Positions 34,101 to 46,505 of a stretch of 64,000 bases of DNA are shown piece after piece. Below the pieces are notes generated by a model that was not told where the DNA came from, did not search any database, and was given only the letters and a program-made list of their open reading frames with translations. This stretch comes from Ascoidea asiatica JCM 7603. Lineage: Eukaryota; Fungi; Ascomycota. Position numbers and translations under genes: made by a program. The stretch is from NCBI GenBank assembly GCA_001600695.1, contig BCKQ01000002.1, forward strand, positions 1,137,184-1,201,183. The letters run 5' to 3'. Position 1 is the stretch's first letter. Each line of letters opens with the position of its first letter.

Positions 34101-36991
34101 GCATGCCCAATTGAATCTTTTACAATTTCAACAATTAGTTTTTACTTGTTCTAGTACAATTTAAACAACTTTTTTTGAAACATTTGTGCCTATATATTTT
34201 ATATAAATACTCTTATATTTCTTTTTTTATCATTATAATTTATCTAAATAACTAAGCAACAATCAAGCAATTTTAAGTTGTTTAAACTTAATAACTATAA
34301 AAGATTTTAAATCAATATATTAAACAGTAAAATTAAAATAATAAATCTAATTTTTTGGATCACCCCCCACCCCCATTTTTTGTTACACTTCGTTGGTTGT
34401 ACCTTTGGTTTTTAATAGTAAGCATTTTGAGCTGCTATTTATTAACTCGTCGACACGTGGTGATATTGATTATCGTATTGGGTGAGTAGGATCGTTGAGA
34501 ATCTTACATCGTGACTCCCCTACCTCAAATTTTTCTATTCGAGTAAAATTACACAATTAACTCCAAATTCACAGGTATTTGAATAAATCTAATTATTGGT
34601 GTTTTTTTAATGTCTAAGATAAATTTCTAATTTCTAAGTCAATTAGTCAATTAGTGATTTTTTTTCAAATTATTTTGGTGATGAAATGATTAATCTATTG
34701 ATGTTTTAAGAATTACGAATTTACAAGATCCTACTTAATAAAAGATACAGGAATTTTATTTAAGCATCAATACTTACATTATTTACATTATTTACATTAA
34801 TTATAAAAAGAGGCTCGTTTGTTTTTTTAGTACAACAGTGTTAATTCAGTATCGTAATAAAATAAGGAAATAATTTCATAAAAAGCCAGATCCAAATCCA
34901 AATACAATCGAAAACTGAAAAAAAAACTATGAGCAGTAAAACCATTTTATTAGAATTCTTAAATTCTTTAAAAATTAGTTTGTCAACATTACTTGTATTC
35001 AAATTTTGAAATTTTGTATATGTTATATACGTTATTCCTTATTCATTCGGAAATATATTTCTTATGAAAAAGAAATAGATATAAATTTTATAGATTATTA
35101 TGCCAGATAATCCTTATTTGATGATTTTAGAATTAATTCTCATTTTCATTATTTAACATTTGATAATTTAAGAAAAAAATACAATAACCAAGTTCATTTA
35201 GTTTATAAAAGTTGCCAGGCTATTGTTCTTAAATTGCTTTTAAACTGTAATAAGCTCAATCGGGTAATTTACTGGTTTTGATTATGGCTGCCTATTGAAA
35301 AAAAAGAAAAAAAAAAAAGAATCACCAATTATTATACTTACTGAAAAGAAAAATGATAATCCTTCCTAATCCTTTTTAATCCTTGATTATCATTGGTAAT
35401 CATTGGTAATCAACGATCTTCAATGATAATCTTTGACAATCTTCAAACGCTTTTTTGATTGGTTTTTTATGTATGGAGAGCATGGAAAGTATGGAACTGA
35501 TTCTATTCCACCACCTTCACCAATACTCACCACCAAATACGCACATTCATCTGGTGATAAACATCACCACCATAAACAACATTTCAAATCCCAATCTGTA
35601 GATGTTTTTTTTTCAATATTTCCAACGTAATTACAGTCCTCTGCTCATCACCAACTGCTCTGGCCTTCCACCGGGTTCTCGTTATTCTCAACCACCTTTG
35701 TGTGCTTCGTGTGCCGAAAGTGCTGCAAAAACAACTGCATCTCGCCCGGCATTCGCAGCTGCGCAGTTAAAGCCTGGGAAACCTTCTCACTACCAACCAC
35801 CAGGATGATCACCAGCAACATCACCAACATCACCAACAGGACCAACAACAAGAAGAACAACCGCAGAGTCTTCTTCGTCTTCTTGCTGTCTTTTCTGTCT
35901 TTGGAGGCTGGGGTCCTAAAAAAGAACCAAAAGTTCCTGAATTATTCAGGTTCTTTTGCAAGGAAAACCAAGAGAAAAAAGAGGAAGATGATACAAAATA
36001 ATCTTCTTTTTTTTTTCAATTCTTTATTCAAAATCACCATCAGAATTATCTTTTACTAGTATTGTATTGGTATTTCTAATTCAATCTACAGATTTCTGTT
36101 TACAGTTCTGTTCCTGGTTCCTGGTAGTGCCTTTTTTCCACAGTTTTACTCCAAAAAAAATTATTTTTTTTAAAAATTTTGCTCAATTCGGCCTATGAGA
36201 TCAACAATTTGAATATAAAAAAAAATTATTTATTGAATTTTAAACTACTAATGAAATTATAAATAAAATTTGTTAAATTTTGTAAAAATATAATTAGAAA
36301 TGTTTATAATTTGATGGAATTTAATATAATTTATTAAAATTCATTAAAATTTAATAGAATAAATTTTGTAAACTTATTTGCATTGAAAATCTTTCAATTT
36401 TTTTAAATTTATTAAATTTATTCTCTGTATTTATTCTTTTTAGTATTATTTTGTTACATTCAACTGAAATCCATTATCTTCATATTAATTCTATATTGAA
36501 AAAAACTTTCATAATTTAATCAAAAGATATTCAACTTTATCAACTTTCTCAACTTTTTCAACTTTCTTTACTCTTTTTACTCTCTTTTATTCTCTTTATT
36601 CTCATAACAATAGGTTTATTTCAAACAAAAAAGAACAGGAATTTACTTATTTTTTAAATTCAATGTTTGCTTAATCTTAAAACTACTTCATATTCAATCA
36701 ATTTTATTCAATTTTATTTCAATTCTTCAATCAATTAACGTAATACTTATTATCACATTAATAGTATATTCAAATTTTGTATTTTATTTTTCAATTTTCC
36801 AAATTTTAGATAGATTTATCAAACCTTTAATTTTCTTATTATTATATTCTTTTTAATTCTATTATAACCTACAATAATCAAATAAATATCAACATTATTC
36901 CTCTTTTATTTTCACTTCATTTAAATTCACTTCTCTTTTGAAAATTAAAGATAAATTAAAATATAAGCAATAAATAATAAACTTTAGGAAA

Positions 36992-39379
36992 ATGAATGAT
37001 ACTGATTTCAATTTTGATATCAGTAATGATGATCAAATTGAAAATTCTCAACAAATTCAATTATATCCTTTAAATCCTTTATTATGTGATATATTTAATA
37101 ATATATATATTGGAGTTAATCAATTAAATAAAATTTCAATAATCTATAATCAATATTTAAATGAAAGAATATCTTATTTTAATAATGATAATTTATTGAA
37201 AACAAATTTGAAAAATTCTTTGAATATTGATATTGATATCGAAAGTGATGATATACAATTTCAAAATTTAAATCAAGATATAGATCAAGAATTAGATCAA
37301 GAATTAGATCACGAATTAGATCACGAATTGGACCATGAATTAGATCAAGAATTAGATCATAATTTGAATCAAGAGTTTCAAGATTACGAAATGGATTATG
37401 AACTGGATTTGGATATGGAATCTGATAATAAACGAAATTCAAATATCATTAATAATAAAATTTTAGTTGATACAAAACAATATATTATTGCAAATAAATT
37501 CTTATTTAATAGTCTTTTAAATAATGTTGAAATTGAAAGTCCAAGATTTTTAAAAATCACAAATAATAACAATTTCAATAATATTACTAATAATATTTTC
37601 AATAATACTAAAATTGATGAATTTGGAGGAAGTGATGGTTTAATCACTTTAAAATTCAAAAAAATTTCAAAAGATATTAATGAATCTTTAATTCGTTTAA
37701 ATGATATGAAATCAAAAATAAATAAATTATTAATTACTTCAAAAGAATATAATCAATTATCAAATATAAATAATTCAAATAATTTAAATATTTTACAAAT
37801 TTATTTAGATTTCTTCAAAGAATCTTCAATAAATATCTCAAAAAATTCAAATATTGAAAAATTATCATATAGTAAATCTTTAAAAGATACTTTAGAATTT
37901 AATGTATTATTCTTATCCTTAAAGTTTTTTAAACTAGAAATTCTTGATTATTTCTTATACATCAGAGATAATATATCTGTAAATCATGAATCTTGGAAAG
38001 TTATAAATTTCAGAACCTTATATTTAAGAATTTATAAAATTATACTGTATTTTGAATATTGCTCTAGATTAAATAAACAAATTTCATTTTTAGCTAAAAA
38101 TGTTCCAACTGCAAACTTAAATTCCTCAGATTCTCCAGATTCTTCAATTTCTTATTCAAATAAAATTATTTCAATTCCAAATTTTACAGAAATATTAAAT
38201 AAATATCAAACTGAAACTTCAAAATTTAATATAGCTGTTAAAGAAGTTGGAGATATTTGTTTCAAAATTCAAAATAGAGATACTTATAATCTAAATAAAA
38301 ATATTTACTACCTGGATATTTTATTAAAAAATAAATCTTCTAATAATAATAAAAAAAATAACATAATAAACTCTTTATCATCCGATTTGAATAATAATGA
38401 AACTATTCTTATAGATTTAATCAATGGATTTTATCAACAACAGCCAATGCTCGAATCAATTGTTAATTGGATAATCAATTTTCATACAAAATATCTTAAT
38501 TCTGGTAGAGATAAATTATTAAAATATGGGCTAAAATATGTAGGAGATAAATTATGTTATTCTCATCCTTCCAATAGTACTAAACTAACACCAAGTTTTC
38601 TTTTCAGTGATGATCTAGAAAATTTATATAAAATCTTTGCTTCAATTAGAGGGAAATTAAAAACTTCTTTAAAGAAATTACAAAATGAAAATACTCGAAT
38701 AGAATCGATTTTTTATGAGGCAGATTATATAACATCAAATGTTGAGAAATTATTAAAATTAAAAGAGCTTCCAACTACTCTTTTCAATTCAATGAAGATT
38801 TTTGACGATAGTTCAAGATATATAGAATCTTTACTTGGCCTAACTCAGAGGTTTACTAGTTATATTCCAAATGACAGAAATGAAAGTAATATTCCAGGAT
38901 TGAATATCCAATTAACCTCTAAAAATTTTATTTTAACAACACCACATTCTCTTAAAAATAATCATAATTATCTTTTCCCATCAAGTGAATACCCTTTAAA
39001 TCCTCCACCATCTCCTTATCAGACACCAAGCGTTTATATTTATTCAACTCCATTTTATAACGAATCATCTACTAATATGTATAATAATGATTTAAGCCCA
39101 TATTCAATGCTTAATTCATATTCTCCATGCCCAAATATAATCGAACCAGATATAAAAATGAAATTGGATAAACTTGTTTTTTATAAATTTCAAAACTTCT
39201 ATAACACAATACTTTTTAATGAGCAGAATATTATAAATGGAAGAAACTTGAAAACTTTAAAAGCACTGGTTGAAGAATTAAGAATCGATATTAGTAGATA
39301 TTACGAGGATATGGCTAATGAGATTGAAGAAGAAGAGCCATATGCAATAAATAATTTCATGAATTCTTCTTTCGATTAA
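36992..39379 (+). CDS. Hypothetical 795-aa protein with ELD(Q/H) repeats
   Basis: Long ORF with good start context (AAAATG) and host codon bias; no family recognised. Confidence 0.8.
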   Translation: MNDTDFNFDISNDDQIENSQQIQLYPLNPLLCDIFNNIYIGVNQLNKISIIYNQYLNERISYFNNDNLLKTNLKNSLNIDIDIESDDIQFQNLNQDIDQELDQELDHELDHELDHELDQELDHNLNQEFQDYEMDYELDLDMESDNKRNSNIINNKILVDTKQYIIANKFLFNSLLNNVEIESPRFLKITNNNNFNNITNNIFNNTKIDEFGGSDGLITLKFKKISKDINESLIRLNDMKSKINKLLITSKEYNQLSNINNSNNLNILQIYLDFFKESSINISKNSNIEKLSYSKSLKDTLEFNVLFLSLKFFKLEILDYFLYIRDNISVNHESWKVINFRTLYLRIYKIILYFEYCSRLNKQISFLAKNVPTANLNSSDSPDSSISYSNKIISIPNFTEILNKYQTETSKFNIAVKEVGDICFKIQNRDTYNLNKNIYYLDILLKNKSSNNNKKNNIINSLSSDLNNNETILIDLINGFYQQQPMLESIVNWIINFHTKYLNSGRDKLLKYGLKYVGDKLCYSHPSNSTKLTPSFLFSDDLENLYKIFASIRGKLKTSLKKLQNENTRIESIFYEADYITSNVEKLLKLKELPTTLFNSMKIFDDSSRYIESLLGLTQRFTSYIPNDRNESNIPGLNIQLTSKNFILTTPHSLKNNHNYLFPSSEYPLNPPPSPYQTPSVYIYSTPFYNESSTNMYNNDLSPYSMLNSYSPCPNIIEPDIKMKLDKLVFYKFQNFYNTILFNEQNIINGRNLKTLKALVEELRIDISRYYEDMANEIEEEEPYAINNFMNSSFD
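37283..37360 (+). repeat. 12-nt coding tandem repeat (GAATTAGATCAN) giving ELDQ/ELDH x6
   Basis: Read directly. Confidence 0.9.
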
Positions 39380-39674
39380 CCAAAACCAGATCTGTATATA
39401 TCAATTATACAAGCAAGAGTTATGTTCTTTTTTTAGTTTTCATCTTAATTTTCAAACTTTCAAATCCCATACTATAATTATTCCTTCTACTACAATTATT
39501 CTTTTCATATAATATCTTATCACCTTATTAATAGTGATTTTTAATACCTTATTTATTTTGCTTTTCTGTGACTTCTTTTTTGAGAACTTTTTTTTTTTGT
39601 AATATAATAAAATATCCATAATTCTTGCCAAAATTTAGTTTTTGTTTTGAATATCATTTAGATATTTGGAATTT

Positions 39675-42206
39675 TTATTCATCCTTTGTTTTTTCAGAAA
39701 CACTATAAAACGCTTTTCCAAATTCGATCAACCACTCTGGCTCAACTGCCGTTACAGTCAACATATATTCTTTACTTGTAAGTATTAATTCATGATAAAT
39801 TACATATGTAGGTAAATCACCTGTATCAAACAAGGCTGAAGTTGGATGAAGAAATAATTCCAATCCTGTTCTCAAATTAGAATATCTTCCATAACCTTTG
39901 ACTTTAGATGCTTGATGGGAAAACCCCGAACAAATACATTTTCTCACAATATCCCAATCATTTCCAGAAGATTTAATAACAAATTTATTTGAATTCATTA
40001 TAAACTCAAGCTGTTGCTTAATATCTCTAGCTCGCTGAAGAGATTTAGAGTGCAAAAAATGCTTTTGACACCAATTAACTGAATGATTATTGGATTCCCA
40101 CTGCTGATAAACATTTAATAATGTTAAATGATCAGATTCTGGAACTAAGAACTGTTCTCTCATAGAATCAGATTCCTTTTCCCTTTCTTTTGGTCTAAAA
40201 AAAACATTTGGGACAGAAAGCATAGAAACAATTATTGTAACTTCTTCCGAACATTCAAATTTGGATGATAGTAGTAAAATTTTCGATAAAGTTGGTTCCA
40301 TTGGAAACTTAGCCATTTGTTTTCCTAAATCAGTTAAATTTCCAGAATCTTCAAGAGCTCCAAGACACCATAAATCATATAATGCAGAAGTTATAGATTC
40401 TTCTGGAGGTGTATCCATAAAATTAAATTTATATAAGTCATTAATTCCTAATGATTTCAACAATAAAATAGTATTACTTAAATTTGTTCTTTGAATTTCA
40501 GGTATTGGTTCTTTATACATATCTTTTGATAAAATTGATTCAGTATAAAGTCTATAAGCAATACCAGGTTCAGTTCTACCAGCTCTACCACTTCTTTGAT
40601 TAGCATTTGTCATTGAAATCGGAGCAATTTGTAAAGTATCCATACCAATTTTAGGATTATAAACTTTAATTTTACAAAACCCAGTATCCACAACATATTT
40701 TATACCAGTAACAGTTAATGAAGTTTCAGCAATATTTGTTGCAATTATACATTTTCTTTTACCTTTTGAAGATTTATTAAATATTTTTGATTGTAAATCA
40801 GCAGGTAATTGAGAATATATTGGTAAAATATCTAAAGGAGGAGGAGTATCATCAAGTTCATTTAATCTTTGTTGAAGAATTTCACAAGTAACTTCAATAT
40901 CTTCTTGACCAGTCATGAATACTAAAATATCACCAGGAGAAGAACCTAAATGGATTGTTAAAATTTGTTTTATTGCCATATCAACATAATCAGTTATTGA
41001 AGATTTGGAATAATAAATATCAACAGGAAATGTTCTACCAGGAATTGTAAATTTTGGAGCATTACCAAAAAATTTTGAAAATTTTTCTGAATTTAAAGTT
41101 GCAGAAGTTACAATTAATTTTAAATCTCTTCTTCTTCTTAAAATATTTCTAAATAAACCCATTAAAATATCAGTATTTAAAGCTCTTTCATGAGCTTCAT
41201 CCATAATTATACAAGAATATTTATCTAAATCAGGATCTGTTAAAAATTCACGTAATAAAATACCTTCAGTCATATATTTTATTATAGTTTTTTTAGAAGT
41301 ACAATCTTCAAATCTTATTGCAAAACCAACTTCATTACCTAATTTTACATTCATTTCTTCTGAGACTCTTTTAGCTACAGACATTGCAGCAACTCTTCTT
41401 GGTTGAGTACACGCAATAATTCCACGTTTTGAATAACCGTAATCATTTAAAAATTGAGTTAATTGAGTTGTTTTACCAGAACCAGTTTCACCAATGATTA
41501 TTGTTATTTGATTTTCATTAATAATTTGAAGTAATTTATCTTTAACAGAATATATAGGTAAATTTGATCTTTTTTCTAATAATGATTGTTGATTACTCTT
41601 ATTACTGTTATTGTCACTATTATCATTGGATACAAGTGAAATGAATTTATTATTATTTTTGTGATTATTATTATCATAATTGTTATTATTATTTTCATTA
41701 TTCTGATAACCAAGGATATTACCTAAGGCAGAACCAATTATAGTTGATTTATCTTTTGCTTGTTTTTCCCTTTGACGTAATTGTCTATGTTGTATAAGTA
41801 AAAAACTACCATTTTTAGCTAATTTTGAAAAATCAGATTCAGAATCTTTGAATATTGAAATTTCAAAATTAGAAATATTTGAAATTTTTTTATTTAATAA
41901 AAATGTTGGTAAATTATGATTAAGAGACAAATTTATCATATTTTCATTATCATTATCATCATCATCATCTTCATCATTATTATCAAAATCATTATTGAAT
42001 TGCGAATTTTGATTATTTATTAATTGATTTGAAAAAATACCAGAATTAATGATCTTTGAATTCTCCCAAAGTTGTTGATGATAATTATAACTCTTGAAGT
42101 TTTTACTATTATTTGATTTTTTTTTAAGATGATTGTTTTTATTGAAGTTATTATTTTTATTATTACTTCTATTATTATTATTATTATTAGTAGTAGTAGT
42201 ATTATT

Positions 42207-42237
<31 letters not shown>

Positions 42238-42725
42238 GACTTTAAAATTAGAGAATCATAATTATCATCATATTGATAATCATTTATTGAATTTGAAAGA
42301 GCTAATGAAGACTCCTCAGAATTGTACCAATCTCTATCAAATTGTATATTTTCTTCTTGCTCTTCAATTGAAGTCTTAGAGTATTCTATATTATTTAAAT
42401 TATGAGAATTATAGGAATTATGATTATTAATAGTAGAAAAAGGTCTCTTATTCATATACTTTTTTCTTTCACTAGTGAGAGGAATAGAGCTGTTGTCATT
42501 TTCTTCATTATTATTATTGTTATCATATTCCTTGGTATGAAGTTGAACTTGGTGAAGAATAGGTTTTGAATTAGAATCAAGATGATTCAAATTTGGAGAA
42601 ATCGGAATGGAATCATCTTGCAGGAGTCCATCATCATCCAATTTTATTCTTTTTGACTTCTTGTTTTTGAAAGAAGCCTTCTTAGCCTTTGATTTCTTGG
42701 ATCTCTTAAATACAACGTCAGACAT
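39675..42725 (-). CDS. PRP16: DEAH-box pre-mRNA splicing helicase
   Basis: DRDWY N-terminal motif, GETGSGKTTQ, TQPRRVAAMSVAKRVSEEM, DEAHER, SAT, QRSGRAGR. First ATG (MSDVV) is at 42725; the track's TTG extension is not credible. Confidence 0.92.
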
Positions 42726-43628
42726 TAACCTGCTATTGATATGAAAGATATGAATATGTGAATGGAAGAAATATGAAAGGTATGTGAAATAAATTGAAAG
42801 AATATTTAAATATTCAAACACTCGAGTGAAATAAACATAGTTCAGAGATCGAAGCCAGATGCACGGGTCTTTTGAATAAAATGGAAATTTTAAATCCACT
42901 GTTTTTTTTCCATGTGTTGGATTAATTTTGTAAAATAAAAACAATATCCATGCACATGGATAAATCCGGAAAATAATCCGTTTTTAAACCCACACTTCTG
43001 GTAACCTCTTTGCTAAACCCCGAATGCTTTTTTGTCACCTGACTGGGGTCCAAGACACGTCGCATTTCCAGCAATAAACAATATCAACAGTCAACAATCA
43101 ACAAATAACATCAACAACACCAATTATTTATTTGTTTCTTTCTTTAATACCAGAGCCAGAGCCCTTCAATGCTGATTATATCACTTCTTATTAATAAAAA
43201 ATATTATTGATAAACAATAACAATAACAATAACATTAACCATTTAAGTCTAAATCTAAATAATCTAATCTAATCTGAGTATTATCCACTGTCACATCAAT
43301 CCAGAATAGAATAATATATTTTATTCAACCAGAACCTATTACTCTCAATCACTAATTAATAATATTCATAAATAGCAATTCATACTTATTTTCTTTATTC
43401 TCTCTATTCTCATACATTTCCACTATAAAATAAAGGTTCTTTTATTATCGAAAAACTTCAATTTTAATCATTTACATTTAAATACATCTGATCTGATCTG
43501 ATCCTGATCTCAAGTCATTTCCTATTTATTTAATATTTGGCGTGTTTTTTTAAAATTTAATTTTGTTTATGTTTACAAAATCTTTTTATTTTCATATTCT
43601 TATTCAATTAAATCATGAGTTATGAGTT

Positions 43629-46505
43629 ATGACTTCAGATGATACTTCAACCTCGAACTCTACTTCAATAAATAACCATACTAATATAAATATAAATAAT
43701 TTTAATAATATAAACAATATAAATAATATAAATAATATAAATAATATAAATAATATAAATAAATATGATAATCAGAAATCAATAATAAATAACTTATCTT
43801 TTCTTAATATCACAGATCATTTACCTGCAGAATTAATTAGATCTCTATGGCAAATTCAAAATTTAAATTTAATGTTTGAAAAAAAAAAAATCATTTTAGA
43901 TGAAATTTTAATAGAATATAAATCTTTAATAAATTTTCAATTTAAATTTAATAATTTAAATAATATTCATTTTATTAAAAAAAAATCAAAATTATATTTC
44001 TTAATTAAATTTCAAATTTTAAATTTAAAATTAATTAATTATGAATCTCAAAAAGAATCAATAAAATTAAATTCAATTTTAATTAATTCTTCTGATTATT
44101 TAAATAATTCTATTTTTCATTTAATCAATTTATTTTATTCTTTAAATAATTTAAAAAAATTTAAAATTAAATCTACTGAAAATAAAACTGAAAATAATTT
44201 AAGTGATTTAAATTTTATATATTTAAATGATTTTTTTAAAAATTTAATTAATAATTCAAATGAAAATTTAATCAAATCAAATAATGCTTTTAAAAATATA
44301 AATAAAACACAAAGTCAAAATCAAATTGAGAAAGAAAGAGAAAAAAGGCGAGAAAAAGAAAAAGAAAAAGAAAAAGAAAAACTAACAGTCAAATTACCTT
44401 TGAATAAACAAAATTTACCAAAATTGAAAATAAAATTATCTTTACCAAAATCTAAAAGTATTAGAAATCAATTAAATGATATTTTAAATGAAAATCAAAA
44501 CAATGTTACTATTACTACTAATAATATTTTAAATGAAAAAGTAAATCTTAATTTGAAGGAAATCAATAATAACATTGATGATAATAGTAATATAATAGCG
44601 AGATTCAATCCGAAAGAAAATCTCAATAATAGTCAAGTAATTAATGAAAAAATTGGAATAAACCCAAATAACGTTCACTTAATAGAAAACAAGATAGCTA
44701 ATGGTAAAATAATAGAAAAAGAAAAAGAAAAAGAAAAAGTTAAAGAAGAAAAATCAATAGAAAAAGCAATAAGTAAAGAGAATTTAATAGAAAACAAATT
44801 AATAGAAGAAGAAATAATAGAAGAAAAAATAATAGAAGAAAAAAAAATTGAAGATATTAATCAAATAAAACCCGAAAAATCAGAAAAATCTACTAATACC
44901 AAATCAACTACTGAATTTTCTGAAAATAATAATATTGTAAAATCTCCAATTAATGAAGAAGATAATATCAAAATTCAACAAGAATTGATAATACTTGAAA
45001 ACTCAAATCAAATAAAACTAAAAGATACTTTAGATAAATCAACTGAAAAGTCAATTTCAAAGTCAATTGAATCACTCGATGAAAAATATAATTTAGTCAA
45101 TGTATCAGCTTCTAAACTAGTTAATGAACCAGTCAATGAACATGTTAATGAGAAAATCAATGAAGATGTTAAAGAATCAGTTGATGAAACTACAATTAAA
45201 ATTGAAAAACTTAAAAAAATTAATAAACCTCATGATAAAAGATTCAAAATTCTTAGAGAATTAAGATCTCTAGAAATTTTACCAAATTCAAATAGAAATA
45301 AAAGTAATAATTTTAAAAATCAAGAAATTCAAAATAATACTAGTTATACCAAAGTAGAAGATTTTAGAAAACAACATCAAAGAAATATGAAAATGAATTT
45401 ATCAAAAAATAAATTAATCAAACAACAAATTAAACGAGAAATAAATAAAAAAGATATTGTTGAAATTGCTGAAAATATAATAGATTCTAATTCAGCTAGT
45501 ATTCCTTCTGAATCTATTTCATTTGAAAAAACTGATATAAAAAAGAATATCGAAATCCCAAAAGAATATGAAATTCCAATAAAAAAAGAAAGAAAAAATA
45601 AACATTTTAACTTTAAGATTCCTTCAACGGATGAAAGATCTCTTGATTTAAATAATATTTTACCAATAGATGTATCTAAAAGAAGAAGTTTAAGAAGTTT
45701 AAGAAGTTCTTCGCTAGTTCTTAATGAAACAAAAAATGAAAATGAATCTTCAATTTTAAAAAATGAAATAAATAATAATGAAAATGGAGTAAATAAAGCT
45801 GATTCAAATAAAATTTTTGCTACAAATGAAGAAATTAAGGATATAGAAAATAAAGAAGAAAATGATGATGAAGAAGAAGATGATGAAGGTGAAGAAAAAT
45901 ACTGTTATTGTAATGGAATTTCACGAGGTCGTATGATAGCTTGTGATAATGAGGATTGCAAATATGGATGGTTTCATTATGATTGCTTAAAACTTCTAAG
46001 AGCACCAAAAGCTAGCTCTTGGTTTTGTCCAACATGTCGAGCAGAATCAGAAGATAGAAATAAAATAAACTCCATAAATTCTAATAAGATTAAAAATTCT
46101 CTGAAACAAAAAGAGTCTAGTAAGTCTAAGGAATTATCAAATGAAAATTATAAAGTTAAAAAAGAATTACAGAATGTATCAAAAATTTCTGTAAATCAAG
46201 ATAAGCCAAATAAGTCTAATGATTCTGAAAACATTTTCTTTATGCCTTTAAGAAGGGGAACAAGGAGTATTTTGAAATTTGATAAAGATTTTCAAGTAAC
46301 AGATAATATTGATGGAATTTTAAGGAAAAAAAGAAAGTTTCCTATTAAAAGAAAGTCTGAACCGCCAATACCTGAAAATTTACCAAAAGTTCCAACAAGG
46401 AAAAGTAGTCGAAAAAGAATGTTAAAAGAATTAGAGTCATTCAATTCCATAGGATTAGAAGATGATAACAAAGATAATAAGATAAAAAAAACTCGAAAAA
46501 GATAA
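43629..46505 (+). CDS. YNG1: ING-family PHD finger protein, NuA3 subunit, greatly expanded
   Basis: SFLNITDHLPAELIRSL resembles Yng1 SFLSTLDHLPCELIRSL; PKLKIKL patch; PHD YCYC..MIACDNEDC..WFHYDC..WFCPTC; adjacent to ALG8 as YNG1 is near ALG8 in S. cerevisiae. Confidence 0.78.
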   Translation: MTSDDTSTSNSTSINNHTNININNFNNINNINNINNINNINNINKYDNQKSIINNLSFLNITDHLPAELIRSLWQIQNLNLMFEKKKIILDEILIEYKSLINFQFKFNNLNNIHFIKKKSKLYFLIKFQILNLKLINYESQKESIKLNSILINSSDYLNNSIFHLINLFYSLNNLKKFKIKSTENKTENNLSDLNFIYLNDFFKNLINNSNENLIKSNNAFKNINKTQSQNQIEKEREKRREKEKEKEKEKLTVKLPLNKQNLPKLKIKLSLPKSKSIRNQLNDILNENQNNVTITTNNILNEKVNLNLKEINNNIDDNSNIIARFNPKENLNNSQVINEKIGINPNNVHLIENKIANGKIIEKEKEKEKVKEEKSIEKAISKENLIENKLIEEEIIEEKIIEEKKIEDINQIKPEKSEKSTNTKSTTEFSENNNIVKSPINEEDNIKIQQELIILENSNQIKLKDTLDKSTEKSISKSIESLDEKYNLVNVSASKLVNEPVNEHVNEKINEDVKESVDETTIKIEKLKKINKPHDKRFKILRELRSLEILPNSNRNKSNNFKNQEIQNNTSYTKVEDFRKQHQRNMKMNLSKNKLIKQQIKREINKKDIVEIAENIIDSNSASIPSESISFEKTDIKKNIEIPKEYEIPIKKERKNKHFNFKIPSTDERSLDLNNILPIDVSKRRSLRSLRSSSLVLNETKNENESSILKNEINNNENGVNKADSNKIFATNEEIKDIENKEENDDEEEDDEGEEKYCYCNGISRGRMIACDNEDCKYGWFHYDCLKLLRAPKASSWFCPTCRAESEDRNKINSINSNKIKNSLKQKESSKSKELSNENYKVKKELQNVSKISVNQDKPNKSNDSENIFFMPLRRGTRSILKFDKDFQVTDNIDGILRKKRKFPIKRKSEPPIPENLPKVPTRKSSRKRMLKELESFNSIGLEDDNKDNKIKKTRKR

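Noticed and set aside
35433-36059. Overlapping 65-119 aa ORFs, one Cys-rich
   Set aside because: Mostly non-ATG starts, overlap in several frames, GC-rich promoter-like sequence, no motif
42726-42944. 73-aa N-terminal extension of PRP16 in the ORF track
   Set aside because: TTG start, UTR-like composition, no homology
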